Assembly (NCBI GenBank): GCA_965287045.1 | Contig: OZ336890.1 | Location: 19,778,001 to 19,842,000, forward strand | From: Carcharhinus amblyrhynchos | Lineage: Eukaryota | Direction of reading: 5' to 3' | DNA: 64,000 nucleotides | In this document: positions 26,001 to 40,026 of the stretch, in pieces | Numbering within the stretch: the stretch's first letter is position 1 | How the letters are laid out: the number at the start of each line of letters is the position of its first letter | The notes under the pieces: model-generated | Seen by the model: only the letters and a program-made list of their open reading frames with translations | Told to the model about the DNA's origin: nothing | Databases searched by the model: none | Translations under genes and position numbers: made by a program

Positions 26001-26449
26001 CTTGATTGTTATTTAATTTGCCATGAAGAGATTACGCAATCTCTCAATGTATTACCTCCGACTCTCAAATTCATGTGGCCCTATTTTCCTAAATAGCAGC
26101 ATCTTTAAAATGGAGTCTGCACCTTTTCTCCTACGGGCATCAAGTGATCACCCTCCTCTCCCTCTGACACTGCATTGCGGGCTTACAAAGTCCTTGTCAC
26201 CAATGTAATAACTTGAAGCGACTAGGTGTGGCAATTGACAAATTTGAAAATTTATTGCGTAGAAAGAACTGTTTAACAGCACAACTACATAGTTCTACTC
26301 CCAAGAATTGCCCTGACTGCTAACTCCCAGCCCCAAGGATGCGCATCCTCACTCCAATCAGCTGAGGTTTACGTGCACGTTCTCCATTTGTTCCAGCCTG
26401 GCCATATGGCCCATGAAGGATCACCTCTAAAAGAGGCCACACCACCACA
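23040..26449 (-). mobile_element. Decayed Gypsy/Ty3 LTR retrotransposon (gag-PR-RT-RNaseH-IN) with one LTR
   Basis: RT WAAPILKPDHTVRICEDYK...YLDKVLI (24862..25311); RNase H ERPIASASRIL (24130..24519); integrase WWPGID, PYHPASNGLAER (23429..23837) and HVDQL at ~23055. PBS-like TGGTGACAAGGA (-) at 26191-26202 lies next to a TGT..ACA-bounded LTR candidate at 26204-26449. Many frameshifts and stops. Confidence 0.9.
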
Positions 26450-27021
26450 GATGATTACTGAACATTTTCAGAGACAGCCATTTTATCATTGCTCTCTCAA
26501 GGTGCCTCAGTTGTCTTTCACCTCACAGTTCATTCATTACCAGTTTCCTTTTTCTGCTGACTCTTACTGAAAGTAAGTAAATAAACAAAGTGTCATGGTA
26601 GCACAGTGTGCAGCTTATTTCGATCAGAGTGCGACACAGCTTCTTGCCAATGATTCCTCTCTTAATAAGCTCTCATTCTGACCCATGCCAAATGGGGGAT
26701 GTGTATGGGGTGGATTAGGGCCATTGGAAGGGGCATGAGCCCTATCTTCCTGTCAAGGGCAGTCTAAATATTCAGGCATCATTTGCATTTTTATTTGCTG
26801 AACTCTTTTAGTCTACTGTCACATCCAGTGTCCAGCAAAGAGTGTCTACTTTGAGCATTTTGTTTAGCCTTTTCATTTATTTATCTTCCATAATTGAGAA
26901 TCCTGAAATAAAGCAGTGGCACTAAAACCCTCCAAAAATGCAAAACCTGGTAGAGTTCCCACTTAAAGTTATTAATGCATGGATAAAATGCTGCAATGAT
27001 TGACCAGAAAATACAAAAAAG

Positions 27022-27042
27022 GTGTGTGTGTGTGTGTGTGTG
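27022..27042. repeat. (GT)n microsatellite
   Basis: Seen directly. Confidence 0.9.
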
Positions 27043-27234
27043 CATGCACAGTGGGATTACATATGTCTGTGATGAGCTCTGTGTGGAATAACCCACTGAC
27101 ATTTATTGTTCACATTGGAACAATGGCCTCTTAGAGAAAAAACATGAAGCACATTTCGAATCTTTCAAATTTTGAACAATAATTCTTTTTGTCCGTGTAA
27201 CGACTTTAAATCAAGGAACAATCTAAATACAGTG

Positions 27235-27672
27235 GAGAATACTGTGGTTAGCATTGCTGCTTCTCAGAGACAAGGACCCGGCTTCAATTCTGACCTTGGG
27301 TGACTGTGTGGAGTTTGCACATTCTCCCTGTGTCTGCATGGGTTTGTTCTCACAGTCCAAAGATGTGCAGGTTGGATGGATTGGCCATGCTAAATTTACC
27401 CTTGATGTCTCATAATGTGTAGGTTAGATGGATTAGCCATAGCAAATGCATAGCGTTATGTGGATGAAGGGCCATCTAGACTCGAAACGTTGGCTCTATT
27501 CTCTCCCCAAAAATCCTATCAGATCTGCTGAGATTTTCCAGCATTTTCTGTCTTTGTTTCAGATTCCCACACCCACGGTATTTTGGTTTTATTTATGCTA
27601 AGTCAGAAAGTCAATGCAAACTTGAAGGGCCAAATGGCCTTTTCTGCACTGCAGACATTCTATGATTCTATG
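27235..27672 (+). mobile_element. HE1/V-SINE-type SINE containing a nested family-B Penelope terminus (~27462-27593)
   Basis: SINE head and core at 27235-27460 and tail at 27600-27672; between them gatgaagggccatctagactcgaaacgttggctc...ttttggttttatt. Confidence 0.85.
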
Positions 27673-29682
27673 GTCGGAATTTTACCGACATACCAACGAG
27701 GCTTGTAGAACAGAATTGTTCATTGGCTTCAGGCAGGATTTTATGAGCTTCACCCTAGTGAAGTCATAAGATACTGGCCTATGAGAGCTACACTTTTTGT
27801 CCTCTGTCAAAAATCATGTTTCACACAAAAAAGGATAAGATGTTGCTGAATTCTGATAGACTAGTGGGTTCATTTTGAAATGTTACCACTGATGAAAGCT
27901 GCAAAATTATTATCAGCAATATCGCACTAATGTGATCATTAAATATTTGTATAATAATGTCACAAATGGTTTTTCTAGGTTCATATTTGTTGCTCCAGTT
28001 CCATTGTAAGATGGTAGCTATTTGTTTATTCATTACAGAGAAAAATATTATCATCTGCAAAAATGGTTCATGTATGCAGGGAAACATTGCATTTAATTGA
28101 GCATGTGCAGTACCATTTTTTAAAAGAGGCAAGCCACCCGAAACCTAAATGGTCCAAATGAAATAGAACATGGATCTTTGTGAAATTTGGACTGCTTCAG
28201 CTTTCTATTGATTTCATCATCCTGGCTGGGGTAGTTCATCTTTATTTTTGGTGCTAATGTCCCAGTTGCACTGACAGCAGATTAAAGCTAAGATTTATGG
28301 TTTACTGGATTCCATAATTTTGAAGAGGAAGACATTGTCAAAACATGAGAATTCAAACAACATGGCAGAAGGAAGATTTTTACTGTACCTTGGAGATCAG
28401 TAAATCAACAAATATTTAGGTTGTGCGTAGTTCTTAGTTCCAGATTACCAATGTCACTGTAAAATTCCCAGCACCATGTCATAATTCATATATCTGACAT
28501 TCTTATTAAATACTTTATGCAGTGGAAATACCTGAGATGTATTGCAATAGGGTCTGGCAATCTTTAGTGCAGCGTTTTTATTCTATGTACTATTCCAGTA
28601 GTTCATAGATTTGATTTAAACTTCCAGATAGGGCATGATTTCGATGCTGTGGATGACAACTGTATATCTGATGAACTCCAATTATCCCATCAGACTTGGA
28701 GTGGAGTGTTTGGGAGTGAAAGATCCACTTTATTTGGGTTATGGAATGTGGTGAGGCAGTGAAAGTATAAGCTGGAAATCAGTAGCACAGGCTGAGGGGA
28801 AGAAATAACAGACCTTTTGTACTTATCAGTCTTGTATCGCCTCCATCATTGCCTTTGCATTTTTGGCAAAGGATATTATTTATGCACTTCTGGTGTAGGG
28901 AAGAGAGGAATGAAGGTCTGAATGTTACTGTTCAATACCCCGAAAGAAAGACTTGATCTCCAGAACTGCCTATTATAAAATTTTGATTTGAATGTTTTAT
29001 TTGATTCTGTCTATTGCTGGGATTGAAGCGAGGTGACGCTTGAGACTAGTTTGTACGGAACTATTCAAGAAGGAGCTTGGATTTTTAAATCAGTAAATCT
29101 TAAGAATTTGCATCACACAGTATAAATGCACATGACAGAACAGGCTGGTTCCTGCTGGAATGGGGCATCTCATGATGTGCTCCATTAGTTAGACTTTTTT
29201 CTACAACCCTACAGTTCAAAATATGTTGTGCCACAACTTACTGGAGCTGAAACCAGCACAGTAGGGCATCTGGGACTGACAGTCTCCTTAGCCAATTAAA
29301 TGTAAGCATTCAGAAAGGAACAGTGGAACAATGAAGAGGGTGAATTAAAGTCAAATCAGACACAGAAAAGAGGGAAAGAAAGACAGTTTAAGAATGAGTG
29401 AAAAAAAGACAAGAAGGAAAAATATAAAAAATCTTTCTGCAGTGAGTTTAACAAGCAATCAGTGTGACAATCTAGAATTTTAAAAAATGAATGAGGGGGC
29501 TAGGGGGCAAGCTGTCATTTGGGCAGAGTGGCATCAATTTAGGAGCAAGTCCTGGAGACTTTCAATTCATGGAGTATCTCTTTATCTGCCAAAATTCCTG
29601 GAACTTCAGCTTTAATGTCAGTGTGGCCCAATATAAAGCTTACCAGAAAATAGAATGTATTTTTCATATCACACAAACTTCA

Positions 29683-29957
29683 CGGTCAGCATGGCTGCCC
29701 TCACAGTGTCACAGACACGGGTTCAATTCCCAGCTCGGATTCCGTACACTCTTCCTGTGTCTGCGTGTGTTTCCTCTGGTTTCCTGTTTCCTCCCAAAGT
29801 CTGAAAGATGTGCTAGTTAGGTGTATTGGCCATGTTAAATTCTCCCTCAGTGTGCCTGAACAGTCACCAGAGTGTGGTGACTCAGGGATTTTCACAGTAA
29901 CTTCATTGTAGTGTCACTGTAAGCCTACTTATGACACTAATAAATAAACTTTAAACT
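29683..29957 (+). mobile_element. V-SINE variant with alternative tail
   Basis: HE1-like head and core followed by ...ggattttcacagtaacttcattgtagtgtc...gacactaataaataaacttta. Confidence 0.82.
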
Positions 29958-29959
29958 TA

Positions 29960-31320
29960 TAAACTTCATCCTTAGAACAGATGAATGGCTTTCTCCCTGG
30001 ACTATTTTCTTGATTTCATTCTTCTGTATCCTTCATAATAAGCCGCTCAGAAGATTTCCAAATTTTGTTAAACACCTACCTTTTTGGTTCATTTATTTTA
30101 AAAATTACATCTTCCGAAATGAATAAAGGTTGAATCTATTCTATTTCTTTGACTGAGAGTTACAACATTTGAAAGCATACCCAAGGACATTTGGAAATTC
30201 AATCTCATCTCCAATGCATTACTAGTTGAAAGCATTGATGATGGGTTAATCTCACCTCACATTACAGAGCCTTGGAATGATCTTTACACTCTGGGGTGAC
30301 TTTGAGTCCTTAAATTTCATTGGAAACCAATGTCAGTGTGATAGAAATTCAATTTACAATATTAACTAATGAGTTTGTCTACAATATCAAATAATTAATC
30401 CATGCACAAAATTAACATTTGGATGTCTACTTATACATTTTCTTCTCCCACTTACGTAAGACCAAGTTATTCTCTAACTTAATTCATCTCTCAGGTTTTA
30501 TGCTGTTGGAACATTATCTTATTTCAGAGTTATTTATTTAACAGAAATTACAACATGGGAAACATAGTGTAATTTATTTATGTAGTAGCTTCTTATTTTT
30601 AACGTTGAACATGATCTGAGATTGAAGGTTGTTTAAAAATTTCTTTAGACCCTGTTAGTAACCAGCCCAAACTTAACTCAGCAATAATGTCTTGCATGAC
30701 TACTAATGTTACAATTAACCTGTTTTCCATGTGAGCATATATTGTTCCGCCTAATAGTTTTAGCAATGTGCATTTGAGTGTCTCTGATTGTTGAGGTTCA
30801 CCACATAACTTCATACCTCGACATGTTCATATTAAAGTAGATGTGGATTGATCACCTGATTCAGCAGTAAAAGCATTCCAACAGTATATAAACAAATCTT
30901 TCTCTCTCCCTTTAACCACAGGCCTTGAATGCTTTCATTTATACTAATGGTCATCTCTAGAGAATATCAGAAAGAATATTACAAATAGCAGTGGAGACAG
31001 GACACATCCTTGTCTAGTGCCCATGCCTAATGTACACACAGAGCCCTGTTCTATTTAATTAAATTGTGTCTGAAACCAAATTTATGTCAATTCAGTAACA
31101 GGAGCTCACACTCTGCCCTGCTGAATATCTTTGTTGCTTCTAAAGATTTAGTCAGTGCTTAAATTGCTGAGGAGTGCAGATCAGATCAATAAATGTAATG
31201 TTTTATCCAGATCAGATGAATAAATGTAGTGTTTTATCTTTTGTAAAACAGGGTCTGTTGCCCTTCATTAATCCTGGTAATGCACTTTCTAAATCTATGG
31301 CTAAAATTTGACAAAATGTT
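29960..31320 (-). mobile_element. Highly decayed L1/Tx1-type LINE ORF2 relic
   Basis: The - strand gives GTRQGCVLSPLLF at ~30983-31021 and ILAIDLESA at ~31283-31309 (degenerate RT motifs). Extent approximate. Confidence 0.6.
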
Positions 31321-31502
31321 CTATAATCCATGCTCAGCTGCCAACAGCCCCTGCACTTCATTATGTCTCTATTTTGTTTAACGTTAAAACAAAGAAATAA
31401 GACAATTGACTGGAAGCTCATAGCTTATGAATACATTTATTCAAAAAGAAAATCTGCTGAACCGTTCCTACTAGAAGCTTTGTCTCTGTATACTTTTAGC
31501 CT

Positions 31503-31571
31503 TGATGTGGAGATGTCGGCGTTGGACTGGGGTAAACACAGTAAGAAGTCTGGCGTTGTGAGACTTCTTAC
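31503..31571 (-). mobile_element. Minimal 69-bp family-A Penelope-like insertion
   Basis: Tail + agtaagaagtct / agacttcttact inverted pair; perfect TSD TACTTTTAGCCT (31491-31502, 31572-31583). Confidence 0.87.
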
Positions 31572-31631
31572 TACTTTTAGCCTGTCAACTTCAAATTGTC
31601 TTCTCCATCTTCTGTATGAAGTGCATTAGCA

Positions 31632-31971
31632 CATAGAATCCCCTCAGTGCAGAAGGATGCCATTCAGCCCAATGAGTCTGCATTGACTTTCTGGCAAAGC
31701 ATCTAACCCAGGCCCACTCCCCACCAACCCACATATTTACCCCACTAATCCCTCTCAGCTACATAGCCTTGGACACTAAGGGGCAATTTAGCATGGCCAA
31801 TCCACCTCACCTGCACATCTTTGGAATTTTTGGAGGAAACCAGAGCACCTGATGGAAACCCAGCAGACAAGGGGGGATCATACAAACTCCACACAGACAA
31901 CCATCAAAGGCTGGAATCAAACCTATGTCCCTGGAGCTGTGAAGCAGTAGCTAACCACTGCGCCACCGCAT
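31632..31971 (-). mobile_element. HE1/V-SINE-type SINE
   Basis: Full head, core and tail. Confidence 0.88.
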
Positions 31972-32460
31972 CACTCCAAACTTTTACAATGTTGAAAGTG
32001 TGACAAAAATGTAATTTGTTTATAATGTACATGGTTTCTATCCATTTCAGACCAAATTAAGTTTTGAAAATGCTTTCAGAATTCCACTCTTCAGATAATA
32101 TTCTACATGATACAAAGAGTTTGACAATACTATTTAGCTATTTAACAGATAAACTTGAATTTGGTTGCAGGATATTGTCATTTGTATTTATTGACAGCTT
32201 TCAAGTATATGTATTTTTTTCTACCTTAGCACTCAGCTATGCCTCTACTTGTGAACAATATTTTCAGATTGAGTTTCCACTACCATATTCTGTGTCTGTG
32301 AAAGAGGTGCATCATGGGATTTGCAATTTTATCTTGCTCCTATGGAACCACGTCACAATGTGTGCACCATGACAACCCATGTCACATGGCAACCAAGAAA
32401 TAATTTTAAAATATATTTTATACAGTTTAAGCCATTAGATAAAAATGCTTAGCTTACAAT

Positions 32461-33549
32461 ATTTGGGGAATAAATTGCTATTATTACTAAAGATCTGAAA
32501 TTTTGAATCAAATATAGCCTGAGGGGAATCTTTGTGAACCTTTTTGATGTTAACATAGATGTTATAGCCAGGCAGGCTTGGAGGATAGAGAACGGTTGCT
32601 TGATTCTGCCTCACAGTATACTTCACAATCATCCCATGAGTTAAAACCAGTAGAGATCTAACAGATTGAATAAATATATATTAAACTGTAATTAGACTTA
32701 CTTAGTGTTTCCTATAAAGTATATTTAATTGTAAATAAAACATGAATATTTTAGCCACAACTATTTGGCAAAATTACAGTATAACAATTATCCTCTGGGT
32801 TAATACTAATGTTGCTATATGCTGATGGCTATATGTCTACATGTTTTCTCTCGATTTCCACAGTGGAAATAGAAAATGCAGTAACTTGGGTAATTAATTT
32901 GAAGGACCTATTTTCTTGTATGATCATAACTTACTTGGTGGCAATTTCTCAAACTCCTCTCCGAACAATTTGCTGCAAGATTGGTATATCTGACCATTTC
33001 TCCTTGATTAAACCATGAAATGCAGGGATGTCTTCAATCCTTAGTTAAGAGTTACTTTCCTGGATCCAGTATATGTGGTGTTAATTTTTGCTGCAGTAAA
33101 TCTGCCTTTGCAGCAACACAAGGGATTTCTCTTTTTTTCATTCATTCGCGGGACATGGGTAGCATGGCTGGCCAGCATTTATTGCTCATCCCTAGTTGTC
33201 CTGGAGAAGATGGTGGTGAACTGCCTTCTTGAATCATTGCAGTCCATGTTCTGTGGGTTGACCCACAATGCCGTTAGAGAGGGAATCCAGGATTTTGACC
33301 CAGCGATTGCAATGTTTTCTCATTGTCTTCTTCTAACTTAACAAAAACTCTTAAAAATGTTTGATTTGTGTCATCAGTAAGCACTTATAAATTCATCATT
33401 TGGGGAATAAATTGCTATTATTATTTAAGATCTGAAATAATTTGGGGAATAAATTGCTATTATTACTAAAGATCTGAAATTTTGAGTCAAACATAGCCTG
33501 AGGGGAATCTTTGTGAACCTTTCTGATGTTAACATAGATGTTATGGCCA
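32461..33549 (+). repeat. 110-bp direct repeat (32461-32570 and 33440-33549) plus a 41-bp partial tandem copy (33398-33438)
   Basis: Direct comparison shows 4 mismatches in 110 bp. Confidence 0.9.
33138..33308 (-). mobile_element. LINE 3' end fragment (same family as 63310-63655)
   Basis: cattcattc...ggccagcatttattgctcatccctagttgtcctggagaagatggtggtgaactgccttcttgaa. Confidence 0.78.
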
Positions 33550-34024
33550 TGGAATCATTTGCGCTTTTGCAAATCTAAAAGCAAAATTCTTGAAAGCACC
33601 AGGCTTGCAAAAGTTGCAATTTTTCTGCATCACAAGAACTTCAACAACATGTACAGGAAATGCAACCTCATTAAATCATTGATAAACATAGAACTGGCTG
33701 AAAAACTGGTAAATGCTGTTTCACTCTCATTCTTCAGTTCTCAGCCTACTTTCCAGGCTGCATGTTTATAAATAGCGATCTCACTCAAACCTGGACTTAA
33801 AGTTCACTTCCCACAGAATTTCACTTTGCATTTCCTTCTTTCAGCTATTCCTTCAGCATAACTTTTGAAGTCTGTTCAAAGAAAATACCATTCTGATTAG
33901 ATTTTTGATTTAAATGTATTGTCATTGTTTTTGCAACAACTTCAGGAGTGCAAAGTTAAGTAACCAATGAATTTGGAATATTTAATTCCGATTAGTCACT
34001 GTAATAGTATATAATCTTTACCAG

Positions 34025-34943
34025 TGGAAAAGCAAATTGCATGGATGGTGTGGAAAGTCTGCAGAGAGATCTGGATAGGCTGAATGAATGGGCGAGGACC
34101 TGGCGGATGGAGTATAATGTTAGCAAGTGTGAGGTTATCCACTTTGGTAGAAATAATAGTAGGAGGGATTAATATTTAAAAGGTGAAAAGCTGCAGCATG
34201 CTACGGTGCAGAGGGACCTGGGGGTCCTTGTGCGTGATAAGGACTGCAAAAACCCAGTCTGCAGGTGCAGCGGGTGATCAAGAAGGCGAATGGAATGTTG
34301 GCCTTTATAGCGAGGGGGATAGAATATAAAAGCAGGGAGGTCTTGCTGCAACTGTACAGGGTACTGGTGAGGCCGCAGCTGGAGTACTGTGTGCAGTTTT
34401 GGTCGTTGCACTTGCGGAAGGATATATTGGCCTTGGAGGGAGTGCAGAGAAGGTTCACTAGGCTGATACTGGAGATGAGGGGGTTGGCCTATGAAGAGAG
34501 ACTGAATAGACTGGGTCTGTACTCATTGGAGTTTAGAAGACTGAGGGGGGATCTTATAGAGACATATAAGATAATGAAGGGGATATATAGGATAGAGGTA
34601 GAGAGATTCTTCCTGCTTAGAAAGGATAGCAGGACTAGAGGGCACAGCCTCAACATAAGTGGGGGGGGCAGTTTAGATCGGAGTTGAGGAGGAACTTCTT
34701 CACTCAAAGGGTGGTGAATCTCTGGAATTCTCTGCCCGTTGAAGTGGTGGACGCTACCTCGCTGAATATATTTAAGTCACGGGTAGATAGGTTTCTGATA
34801 GACAGAGGAATTAAGAGCTATGGGGAGAAAGCAGGAAAGTGGAACTGATCCACTTCAGATCAGCCATGACCTTATTGAATGGCGGGGCAGGCTCGAAGAG
34901 CTAGATGGACTACTCCTGCTCCTATTTCTTATGTTCTTATGTT
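34025..34943 (+). mobile_element. Young CR1 LINE, 5'-truncated
   Basis: ORF 34265..34687 KKANGMLAFIARGIEYKSREVLLQLYRVLVRPQLEYCVQFWS...; (ATGTTCTT)n tail at 34925-34943. Confidence 0.93.
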
Positions 34944-35379
34944 TGCCAGTGTACAACGTGGCAGAATTTAAGGTGTCAGCTTTATAAAATTGAGGTGAAA
35001 TGAAAAATAATGACAAAAGGAGTTATTATATAAAGAAAAATCTGATATTAGCTTATTTAGTAAATCTTCTACGTCAATATATAGAAAGAAGCGGACAAGT
35101 ATCTAAAATAAAACAAGGAAAGGTATTAATTTAATAAAAAGAACTCCACAAAGGCAAGCAGCAGTATATGCTCCAAAACTAAAATCTAAAAATTCCTCAT
35201 TGAATGTTTACATCATGATCAATTCAGAGAAAAACACTTATTTAATGTTGCACTTTCTCTATCTTGGTCTTCACAAGCATTCTTTTTTAAAGCACGATAA
35301 AAATAAAATATGTTATGATCTTTTAAAAGTTAAAATATTTTATGCACTGTGTGTTGTTATAAGTTATCTTTGTTTTTAA

Positions 35380-37125
35380 AGTAATCTTAGTAATTAATCA
35401 AAAAAGAAATGGAGTACAGAAAATGCAGTGGTGAAAAAGGAATAAGCCAAGCAAAGAACATGTGTGAGAAAAGATTAGCAGGTAACATAAAGGATAACAC
35501 TAACTTATTTTATAAATGTGTAAAAGAATAGAAGAATAGTTAAAGGAAGGATGAAGCTGATTAGGGGGCCAAAAGAATATTTCTTTTAGAGGCAGATGGC
35601 ATAGCTGAGAAATTGATCCATCTATCTTCTCAAATGAAGATGAGGCTGCCAATGGTACAGTAAAGGAGCAAACAAGGGAGCAATCAGATAAGCTAAAAAT
35701 ATATAAAGCAGAGCTTCTTGAAAGCGTGGCAACAATTAAAGTAGGAAAGTCTTTCAATGGGTTGTATGGGATGTATTTTGAGAGGCTCTGGCCATACTTT
35801 TTCAATCAATTCATGCCAGAGGATTGAAGAGTTGCAAATCCTGTACGAGAGAGAAATAAATGTGGTAACTACAGATTAGTCATCCTCTCAGTGGTGACAA
35901 AACTTCTAGACACCAAAATCCAAGATAAAGTTAATTCCAATTGAAAAAAGTTGGTTAACAACAGCCAATATGGATTTGTTCAAGACAAATTATGTTTGAC
36001 TAACTTTATTGAGTTCTTTGATGAGGCAAAGGAGTGGGTAATGCAGTTGATGTTGTATTTCTGGTCTTTCACAAGACTTTTTATGAAGTAGCACACAATA
36101 GACTTGTGTATAGAACAAAATTGAAACCTATGGGGTTAAAGGGGCATTGGCAGTGTTGATTCAAATTTGGGTAAGAGATGGAAAGCAAAGAGCAATGGTG
36201 AACTTTCAGAATGGAGGGAAGTTAAAAAAAAATCTCTCCCAAGCTGGAATTAGGGCCATTTTCTTTGTGATGTTTACTAATGGCCTGGACTTATACAGAT
36301 GCACAATTTCAGAATTTACAGATTATATGAAAATTTGAATGATGTTAAACAGTGAAAAGGATAGTAGAAATCTACAGCAGGGCCTATATTCTTGAAATGT
36401 GCAGGTAGATTAGGTTTATTTGCAGAGAACTGTGAATTGATACATTTTGATAGGCAGAATGAGTTGGGCCAAAATGCAAGTAAAATTGCATAATTTTAAA
36501 GGGATCCAATAACAAAAAGATTTTGGGGCTCACAAACAGAGAATCTTGAAGATGTTACACCAGTTGATAAATCTGTTAAACAAGGTATAAGGATTCTTGA
36601 CTTCTTGAGTAGAAGCATAGTACACAAAAACAAGGAAATTATTCTAAGTATTTATAAATCATTGGTTAGGCCTTAACTAGATTAGTGTGTTTAATTCTGA
36701 CCACCACACTATAGGACTGAACTCAAGGAAAGAGGCTGCAGAGTGTAACTGGGTAAGAGGAGCCTCAGATATGTGGTGATCCTTTAGAAATGTAGATTGT
36801 CCTAGTTGGAGGATTAAGGTGAAAATAGAGGGAGGTTTTCAACATTACAAGCACTTTGAAAGGGCAAATAAGGAGAAGCAGTTTCTACTGTAGGAGAGGC
36901 AGTAAGCAAAGGTTATGGATTTTAGATCATTGGCAAACAAGCCAGAAGGCAGCTGAAGTTTCTTGGAAGCACTAATCATCATCCACAATTTACTGACTAA
37001 AAGGCTTGTAGAAGCAAATACAACAGTGACATAAAAAACCAGAATTGTATATGAAAAAAGAATTCAGCAGTGGCACTGACCAGAAAAAGGAATGACCAGA
37101 GATGTGATAGGGCCAAATAATGTCC
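35380..37125 (+). mobile_element. Old, heavily mutated CR1 LINE ORF2 relic
   Basis: Recognisable CR1 pieces: SQYGFVQDKLCLTNFIEFFDE at ~35962-36025, and YKSLVRP*LD*CV*F*PPH at ~36653-36710. Confidence 0.75.
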
Positions 37126-39837
37126 ATTTGAGCTGGAGGATTCTGTGACTTAATATCCAAAATTTATGGGAATTTAAATGGGAATCATAGCTTATTTTGA
37201 TGATTACTTGCTTCCTTGTTAATAGTTCCCCTATACCATATGAAATTCTTGATTCAGGAGCTAACAGGTAGCCTATTTTCAAATCTCTCACAATGCCACT
37301 CTGCATTGCAACAAAGGAAGTGCATAAAAGAAGTGTATGAGACTTCTCTCTCTTATAGGGATGTACCTTCACTCGCTGCTCCTGTTCTTCTCCCCAGTGC
37401 TTTGGGTCTGCCATCAGTTCATCCCCCATTTGCTCCTTACAGCTGACCAAGAGAAGAGACATTGCTACATTTTTTTGTGGCCTGGTCTGGAGCTCAAATC
37501 ATTGGAAAGAAAAATGTCCTGATGCGGCTTACCACTCACATCACAAAGAGTAGCTGAAAAAAAACAAGCTAGTGCTTTTTTTTATTGGGTAGTCCCTATT
37601 TCTTGAACTCGTCCTACAAAACGAGTAATGCTTTCTTGCGACCAGACAATGAAGAAAGGAAATATCAGACGCAAACGGTATCTGATAAAATACAGTTTAC
37701 TCTTGAGATTTGCTTGATTTAAATGTTCTTCTTCCAAGCAATAATCCTGATTCTGAAACCAGACTACAGTGGTCAAAATAAACACTATTATCGACAATTG
37801 TCTTAGTAAACACACTGAATATGCAAAATGCATTTCAAACATACCATGACAAGGAATAAGAGAAACCTATCCATAATGACTCCCATTGCACAAATGGAGA
37901 CATCATCTATATTTTTTTGTCTGAATCATGTATTTCTATTGGAACTAGTGTCAATTTTTGATGACGAAAGGACAGCCTATAACATATAGACACTGATGTA
38001 CCTAAATTCTGAAGCAGTTTAGTTTGGTGTCATAGTTACATGGTTATGACTTCTTAACATAATCATCAACAAATGGTTTGGTTTAATTGTCTTGATTTTC
38101 TTGGTGTCCTGGTTGGAGAGATGGGTTTAAGTGCTGGGTGGGTGGTAGGGGGAGGAGGTAGGGGGAAACAGGGGTCAACCATGGGCAGTTTTGGAATGTG
38201 TTTATGGAGGTTAGTGTTGATTTGTTTCACAGAGCATAAAATGCAGAAATTAATGAGACAATGAAAGGATAAAATGAAGGTTCCTACAACATACTCAGAT
38301 ACTCATTAACAGAAACCTGTACGGGGTGCTGATGCTTTCAGAGGTAACAGATGTTTTTAGCAGGATCATTTGAATTGACATCTATATCATGATTAAATTT
38401 CACTATTTTATGACTCCCTGGAGCCATTTAAACCGTTTGCATTGTTGTTTAGCTGGTTCATAGTAAACCCAACACTGCAATATCCTTATTTGATGTAATG
38501 CCCAAGCTAATTTGTATTCTATTCCAAGAAGAATAATAAAGAATGGTCTCCTGAAAATCGGATTATTAAATCTACATGCATCATCTATTTTACCCCCCAA
38601 ATCCGTCTTATGCTCTGAATCCATTATCTAATTCCCCTAGGAATAAGACTCTGCGTTTTACAATCAATAGTCAGACCCCAATAAACTCCATTAGGAACCA
38701 AGTTGTTTTTAGCTTGTCCAGTTGTACAGCAGAGAGGAGAATTGAATCATTGAATCTTACCTGTGATGGTCAAATATTTTGTGACAGAACAGCTGTAAAT
38801 ATCCCTTGAAAAGGAAATGTTTGGTAAATTGCAAGCTTTGAGTGTGCGCATGACTGGTTTAATCAAAAATTAATTGCAGATGATATGTCACTTACCATAA
38901 TTTAACCACCCTCCGATGTTTCATGTACTTTAAAAAAAAACTGTCTCGATATATGCATTAGTTGACTTGTTACACTAATTCTAGGTAAATAAGCTACATA
39001 ATCGTGTTTTTGTTTAGTCGTGTAACGTAGCTAACAGGCTCCTGCCTGGTGTTTTGAATCTGATATTGGTGATAGGTGAGTGTTAAAAAGGGACAAATGT
39101 GTCAGTAAAAGCATAGTGCAAGATCTCAGTCAAATAGCTCTAAAATGCCGGGACAGCACAGAATGCTGATTGCGACCTCGTTTCAGACTCTGTATTCAAA
39201 CAAACGATGTAAATATCGGTTAACTTCAAACGGAGACACTCAAAAATAACGTAAATAAACGTTACAATCAATCCTAGGTGAAGCTTTGACCTAACATTCT
39301 GGAAACCAATTGAAAACAACGTGCATTTAAGGTAGACTGTCCCTGCTCTGATGGAATCAGCAGGCCATGGGAAATAGCAGCAGGGGGCTGTTACGTGGCA
39401 GCATTGTGGCACACTCTGACTCCATCAACCGAACGACAAGCATGTCCAAGTACATTATCATTATGTAAGCTTACATAACCGAACACCTCAATATATCGGA
39501 CAGTCACATATCACAACAAGAATGGCTCACTTTGCTTCTCACCAGCTCCAGGCATGCTGCTCTGTTTGTTTAGATACAGTGCGGAAAGGTGAATTGTCTT
39601 GGGATAAAATGAATCAGATTCGGAAATTATCTTTCTCTAATCTGCAGAAACATCCTGTCAAATACAATTCAGTAAACAGAGTTAGTTCAGCTGGAGATTA
39701 GTTGTCGCTAGAGGTAACAATGGTGTGGATTTTTTATTCAATTGTGATTATGTGAAAGTTCACCCACGTCAAAGGTGTCAAATGAAAGAGGCTTGTTGTT
39801 GAAGTTTATGTATAAGTATACATATATATATACATCC

Positions 39838-40005
39838 TGTGGGTGTCCCAGTTTCTTTCCACAGTCTGAAAGACGTTAGGTGCATTGACCGTGCTAAATT
39901 CTCCCTCAGAGCATCCGAACAGGCGCCTGAGTGTGGCGACTAGGGGATTTTCACAGCAACTTCATTGCAGTGTTAATGTAAGCCTACTTGTGACAAATAA
40001 ATCAA
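39838..40005 (+). mobile_element. V-SINE variant (alternative tail), 5'-truncated
   Basis: Matches 29770-29957. Confidence 0.82.
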
Positions 40006-40026
40006 GTTAACATGCACAAGGAGCAC

